This document shows positions 59,352-64,000 of a DNA stretch of 64,000 bases, piece by piece. The stretch comes from an uncultured bacterium (GTDB lineage: Bacteria > Krumholzibacteriota > Krumholzibacteriia > Krumholzibacteriales > Krumholzibacteriaceae). The position numbers and the translations under genes were made by a program. Under the pieces are notes generated by a model. The model searched no databases. It saw only the letters and a program-made list of their open reading frames with translations, and was not told the origin of the DNA. The stretch's first letter is position 1; each line of letters begins with the position of its first letter. The stretch is from contig CAWBAN010000002.1 of NCBI GenBank assembly GCA_963786935.1, positions 384,001 to 448,000 on the forward strand. The letters are read 5' to 3'.

Positions 59352-60104
59352 TCATTTCAGAACATCGACCGCGCCCGTCCCATACGGATTCTCGTCCGCA
59401 TCCAGCAGGTAACCCATGCAGGACGGCATTGCCGTCGCGCCGTCACTGCCGAATGCCCCCCATTTTGCCGAGAAACCATCAACCACGGCGCCGGTGAATA
59501 TCGCGGGCGCCAGAAAGTTGTTTTGATTCCTCTGCTGCATATGGAAGTGTATGTGGCAGCCGATGCCCGCGCCGGGCGGCAGATACATGTATGCGATGAT
59601 GTCGCCCTTCTTGACCTTCTGTCCCTTCGTTACCTTTATGAATTGTTTGTAGAAATCCGCGGACGGCTCCGGCACCATGGGCTCGATGGAGTAGCACATC
59701 AGGTCTATCAGGGCGCCGCTCTTCGCGAATGCGATATCTATGCCGTACCGGTCGTTCGCGCCCACCGGAAACTTGTAATCGATGCGGTCCACGTACCCGT
59801 CAGCCACGGCGTATATGGCCGGGAAATTCTCGGGCGCGGCGCCGCCGGCCGGCCATTTGTTCGAGGTGTTGTCCCAGTGCACGTGCGCGCCCTGATGCGG
59901 ATAGTTCGCGCGCCTGCCCTTGAACGGATTCCCCGCGTCGACAGAGGACACGTCCACCAGGAACGCATCGGACGGGGTCGTCTTGAATGACTGGATATCC
60001 GGCAAGCCCGGATACTCCGGTTCCGTCGGGGACGACTCGTCGTCTTGACAACCCGCGGCCAGCAGGATCGCGGCTGCGAATAATGCGATGATCGCCCTTT
60101 TCAT
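59352..60104 (-). CDS. Lipoprotein with divergent M23-peptidase-like domain
   Basis: Lipobox AAGC; IYAVADGYV, KGQKVKKGDIIAY, HIHF motifs. Confidence 0.65.
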   Translation of the reverse strand: MKRAIIALFAAAILLAAGCQDDESSPTEPEYPGLPDIQSFKTTPSDAFLVDVSSVDAGNPFKGRRANYPHQGAHVHWDNTSNKWPAGGAAPENFPAIYAVADGYVDRIDYKFPVGANDRYGIDIAFAKSGALIDLMCYSIEPMVPEPSADFYKQFIKVTKGQKVKKGDIIAYMYLPPGAGIGCHIHFHMQQRNQNNFLAPAIFTGAVVDGFSAKWGAFGSDGATAMPSCMGYLLDADENPYGTGAVDVLK

Positions 60105-60430
60105 AATCGACCGCCTTTGATGAGCCGGCTCGAGATGCTTTGCATTCATGGCCGAAGACAGCTTGCCTGCGGGAAGCCGCGAATTCAAGCATTACTTCAA
60201 GAGCAGGGGGTCCGCGATGGTCTGTGTCTCTGTTAAGTGGCCCGGGTCCGGAAGGCCGCCGCCGGGCCTGATGTCGATCCGGCCGGCCGGCGCGCGTTCC
60301 GGGCGCGACGCATGCCCCCGGCGACGGCGCGCGCCGAAGCGTTTTTACCGTTGATATTGAGTTGAGGCGAGTCGCCGGATTTCGTACAATTCGCGCGGAG
60401 ACGCGGGAGCGTCACTCAAAGGAGATGCGT

Positions 60431-62098
60431 ATGATTACCGCCGGCAGACGTTTTGTGCCCTTCGCCGCCTTATTTCTTCTTTCGCTCGGGGGGATGCTCC
60501 TCGGGCCGGTCGCGGACGCGCCGGCTCAGGTTCCCGCCGGCATCGCGCCCGAGTCCGAGATGGCGACGGATCGCGAACGGGCGCCCGTCACGCTCGACGG
60601 CGAGGAGCTCTTCTACGTCCGCGGCATCACGGCGTACCCGGCGCGGGAGCGCGCCAAGGCCATCAGCGGGCAGGTCAGAGCCCTCGCCGCCGATCGGTCC
60701 GTGTCTCCCGACTCGCTCCGAGCGGTGGAATCCGACGGCAGGACGAGCCTCGTCGCCCCGGGCTATTTCGTCGCGTCGATATTCGACGCGGACGCGGAGG
60801 ATGAGGGAATCCCCCGGAGACTTCTGGCCGAAGCGTTGCGGAAGAAGGTCGTGCTCGCGGTCGAGACGTATCGGGAGGATCGCGCCCCCGGAGCCCTGCT
60901 GACCCGATCGATCTACGCGTTCGCGGCCACCGTCGTGGCCCTCGTGCTGCTCCTGGTGACGATCCGGATCTTCCGGAGCCTGTACAAGCTGCTCGAACCG
61001 CGCCTCTCGTCGCGGATCGAAGGGCTCCGGGCGAAATCCGGCGACGCGATCCGGATCGAACCGATCTGGATGCTGATCCGGGGTCTCATCGCGACGGTGC
61101 GCGCGCTGACCATTGTCGTGATCGTGTATTTCTATCTCAACTTCGTGCTCGCGCTCTATCCGTGGACGCGGGCCCTGTCGAAGCAGATATTCGCCGTCGT
61201 GCTCGATCCGCTGCGCTCGATGGGGGCCGGCCTTGTCGGCGCTTTGCCGGGCTTGATATTCATTGCCATTCTCGTGATCGTCGCGCGCTACCTCCTGAAG
61301 GCCGTCCGGTTGTTCTTCGCCGGTATCGATCAGAAGAGAGTCGCGTTCGCCGGCTTCGAACCCGAATGGGCCTGGCCGACCTACCGGATCGTGTACGTCT
61401 TGATCATCGCCCTGACGGTCGTGTTCGCCTATCCGCACATCCCCGGATCGGACTCCGGCGCCTTCAAGGGCGTGAGCATCCTCCTCGGCGTCTTGGTGTC
61501 GCTGGGGTCGTCCTCGACTATCGCCAACGTCATCGCCGGCTATACGCTGATCTACCGCCGCACGTTCAGAATCGGCGATATCATCCGGATCAACGATATC
61601 GAGGGGATGGTGTCCGAACGGGCGACTCTCGTGACCCATGTGCGAACGATCAAGAACGAGGACATCGTCATTCCGAACTCGATGATTCTGGCCGGCACGG
61701 TCACCAACTACAGCACGCTGGCGCGCACGCGGGGGCTGATTCTGCATACGAGCGTCGGTATCGGCTACGAAACGTCGTGGCGGCAGGTGGAGGCGATGCT
61801 CCTGCTGGCGGCCGAGCGCACTGCGGGGCTTCTCAAGGACCCGTCGCCGTTCGTTCTCCAGAAGGCGCTGGGCGACTTCGCGGTGACGTACGAGATCAAC
61901 GCCTACACCGACGACCCGACCGGCAGGGCCCGGCTCTACGCGGAGCTGCACCGGAACATTCTCGATGCGTTCAACGAATACGGGGTTCAGATCATGACGC
62001 CGGCCTACGAGGGCGATCCGGAGCAGCCCAAGACCGTGCCCAAGGATCAGTGGTTCAGCCCGCCGGCGGAACGGCCGGGACCCTCCGGCGACAAATAG
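60431..62098 (+). CDS. MscS-family mechanosensitive channel with N-terminal extracytoplasmic domain
   Basis: IANVIAG, FRIGDII.I, IVIPNS, VTNYS, GVQIMTP motifs. Confidence 0.9.
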   Translation: MITAGRRFVPFAALFLLSLGGMLLGPVADAPAQVPAGIAPESEMATDRERAPVTLDGEELFYVRGITAYPARERAKAISGQVRALAADRSVSPDSLRAVESDGRTSLVAPGYFVASIFDADAEDEGIPRRLLAEALRKKVVLAVETYREDRAPGALLTRSIYAFAATVVALVLLLVTIRIFRSLYKLLEPRLSSRIEGLRAKSGDAIRIEPIWMLIRGLIATVRALTIVVIVYFYLNFVLALYPWTRALSKQIFAVVLDPLRSMGAGLVGALPGLIFIAILVIVARYLLKAVRLFFAGIDQKRVAFAGFEPEWAWPTYRIVYVLIIALTVVFAYPHIPGSDSGAFKGVSILLGVLVSLGSSSTIANVIAGYTLIYRRTFRIGDIIRINDIEGMVSERATLVTHVRTIKNEDIVIPNSMILAGTVTNYSTLARTRGLILHTSVGIGYETSWRQVEAMLLLAAERTAGLLKDPSPFVLQKALGDFAVTYEINAYTDDPTGRARLYAELHRNILDAFNEYGVQIMTPAYEGDPEQPKTVPKDQWFSPPAERPGPSGDK

Positions 62099-62138
62099 CG
62101 TCGAGAACCCTGGTGACAGCCCCGAAGCGCCGTCGCCT

Positions 62139-63542
62139 CTAGGGCCCGAGCTTCACGACGAAGATGTCATTTCCGCCGGCGCTCGTGAGCGTATCGCCGC
62201 CGAAGGCGATGGTGCCTTCGAATGCCCCCGCGGCAAACACATTTCCCGAAGCATCGGCGCCGAGGGCGAATGCGGCTTGATATTGCGCATCCCCGAACCG
62301 CTTGCTCCAGAGGTGGTTCCCGCCGGACCCGAACTTCGCGATGAAGACGTCTCCATAGCCCGTCTCCGTGAGCGTGCCGCCGCCGAAGTCGGTGGAGCCG
62401 GCCAAACTCCCCGTGATGATCGCGTTCCCCGAGGCGTCGGCTGCGATAGCGTAGCCGCTTTGAGTAGCCGCGTCCCCGAACCGCCTGCTCCAGAGGTGGT
62501 TCCCGCCGGACCCGAACTTCGCGACATAGATGTCCCTGTCGCCCGCGCTCGTCAGCGTACCGCCGCCGAAGTCGACGGTGCCCTCGAAGAATCCCGTGAT
62601 GATCGCGTTCCCCGAAGCATCGACCGCGATCTCGGCGACATACTGATCTTCCGGACCGCTGCCGAAGCTGTCGCTCCAGCGGCAAACGCCCGCGGAATCG
62701 AGCTTCGCGATAAAGAGGTCCGTTCCGCCCGTGGTCGCGAGCACGCCGCAGCCGAAGTCAAGGGCGCCGAGGAACGGTCCCACGACGAATACGTTACCCG
62801 AGGCATCGACGGCGACGTCGTTCGAATACTGCTCGTATGGATTGCCGTAGCTTTTGCTCCAGATGTGTGCGCCGTTGGGCTTGAACCTCGCGACAAAGAC
62901 GTCCCAGCCGCCGTTGCTGACGAATGAATCGCCGCCGAAGTAGATCGAGCCCTGGAAAATCCCCGTGACGACGATGTTTCCCCAGGCGTCGGCGGCGACG
63001 GCGGTGCCCTCTTGGGGATTCGGGTCGCCAAAACGCTTGGCCCAAATTTCAGCGCCGCCGGGCCCGAACTTCGCGACAAAGACGTCTTCGTAGACCGAGG
63101 AGGATGTCAGAATGGTGCCGCCGAAGTTGATGCTGCCTTTAAAGTTTCCCGTGATGATTGCGTTTCCCGAAGGATCGACGGCGATGCTTTGGACGGACTG
63201 TTGCTCCTCGTCCCCGAACCGCTTGCTCCAGATGTGCGAGCCGTCGGGCCCGAACTTCGCGACGTAGATGTCCTCGCGCGAACCGGAGGCCGTCAGCGGG
63301 CCGCCGCCGAAGTCGACGGTGCCGTAGAAGACGCCGGCGATGAAGACGTTTCCCGAGGCGTCGACGGCGAGAGCTCTGGTGTGCTGGCCGTATTCGTTTC
63401 CGAACCGCATGCTCCAGATGTGCTTCCCGAGCGTCGGCGCGGGTTTGTCGTCGGGCCCCGTGCCGTCGTCGCTGCATCCGACTGCCAGCCACAGGCTCAA
63501 CGTAAGCGCCAGCGACATGGCGCATCTGATCAGACAACGCAT
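62139..63542 (-). CDS. SBBP/beta-propeller-repeat lipoprotein
   Basis: SD AGGAGG; lipobox AVGC; ~60-aa repeats AVDASGN..ITG.F.GT.DFGGG.LTS.G..DIFVAKFG..G.H.WS.RFG. Confidence 0.85.
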   Translation of the reverse strand: MRCLIRCAMSLALTLSLWLAVGCSDDGTGPDDKPAPTLGKHIWSMRFGNEYGQHTRALAVDASGNVFIAGVFYGTVDFGGGPLTASGSREDIYVAKFGPDGSHIWSKRFGDEEQQSVQSIAVDPSGNAIITGNFKGSINFGGTILTSSSVYEDVFVAKFGPGGAEIWAKRFGDPNPQEGTAVAADAWGNIVVTGIFQGSIYFGGDSFVSNGGWDVFVARFKPNGAHIWSKSYGNPYEQYSNDVAVDASGNVFVVGPFLGALDFGCGVLATTGGTDLFIAKLDSAGVCRWSDSFGSGPEDQYVAEIAVDASGNAIITGFFEGTVDFGGGTLTSAGDRDIYVAKFGSGGNHLWSRRFGDAATQSGYAIAADASGNAIITGSLAGSTDFGGGTLTETGYGDVFIAKFGSGGNHLWSKRFGDAQYQAAFALGADASGNVFAAGAFEGTIAFGGDTLTSAGGNDIFVVKLGP

Positions 63543-63583
63543 ACTATTCCTCCTGAGCTTCACTGAGGCCGCGGCGAATCCGG

Positions 63584-64000
63584 CTACTTCTTCGGATACG
63601 GCGGCTTCTCCGGGAACACGGCCGGCTGCTCCTTGATCTGCTTCATCAGCACCTCGATCGCCGTCTCGAGCTGCTTGTCGTGGCCGGCCATCGCGGAGGC
63701 CGGATCGTTCTCCACGAGGATATCGGGATCGGCGCCGTGGTTCTCGACCCACCACGCGCCGGCGGCGTTGTAGAACGAGTTGTTCGACTGGTGCACCGTG
63801 CCGTTGTCGATCGTCGTCTGACCGTTCAGGATGCCTACGAGGCCGCCCCACGACGGCACGCCGATCACTGTGCCGAGCTTGCGCGCCTTGAAATGCTCGA
63901 CGAACGCCTCGCCGTCGGAGCCGTTGTACTCGTTCGTGAGCACGGCGTAATGCGCCGACGAGGCGCCCGGGGGATACGTGAACGGCGCCATGTTCTTCAG
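63584..64000 (-). CDS. Tricorn-like S41 protease, C-terminal part (5'-truncated by window)
   Basis: NEYNGSDGEAF, LGTVIG.PSWGG.VGI, VENHGADPDI.V.N.P...D.QLE.AI motifs. Confidence 0.85.
   Translation of the reverse strand: MKNMAPFTYPPGASSAHYAVLTNEYNGSDGEAFVEHFKARKLGTVIGVPSWGGLVGILNGQTTIDNGTVHQSNNSFYNAAGAWWVENHGADPDILVENDPASAMAGHDKQLETAIEVLMKQIKEQPAVFPEKPPYPKK

Noticed and set aside
62139..63420. Near-identical internal DNA repeats as a diversity-generating template/variable pair
   Set aside because: They are in-frame beta-propeller blade repeats; no reverse transcriptase and no adenine-specific differences are evident.

Overview
High-GC bacterial chromosome segment. The protein families present suggest an FCB-superphylum candidate lineage; this is an inference. 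1-30.9 kb is one contiguous, essentially complete ribosomal superoperon on the + strand: rplK'AJL-rpoBC, rpsLG-fusA-tuf, and the S10, spc and alpha clusters. Next come an AEC transporter, a GlcE/GlcF-like oxidoreductase pair and tRNA-Asn(GTT) at 34918-34993. The tRNA 3' end is an integration hotspot. A ~4.9-kb lower-GC element is inserted there, bounded by a GGAGCCAGTT direct repeat. It carries a frameshifted large serine recombinase, a HUH rolling-circle Rep with a phiX174/pC194-like nick motif, an XRE+ImmA/IrrE switch and a lipoprotein. Downstream, three dispersed 40-bp repeats end in the same GGGGAGCC core and divide the next 7.5 kb into recombinase-free 2-3 kb segments. This is a candidate tRNA-anchored, serine-recombinase cassette/accretion array and is the top finding. 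Other highlights: a uORF plus switchable hairpins ahead of fusA (candidate EF-G-sensing attenuator), a tuf gene with sharply different G-ending codon usage, an (RDEx)n repeat protein beside a baeRF-like gene, an Lpp/OprI-like lipoprotein flanked by two L,D-transpeptidases, a mosaic Ser/Thr kinase and an M23-like lipoprotein with altered metal ligands. All family assignments come from motif recognition by eye, not from database searches.
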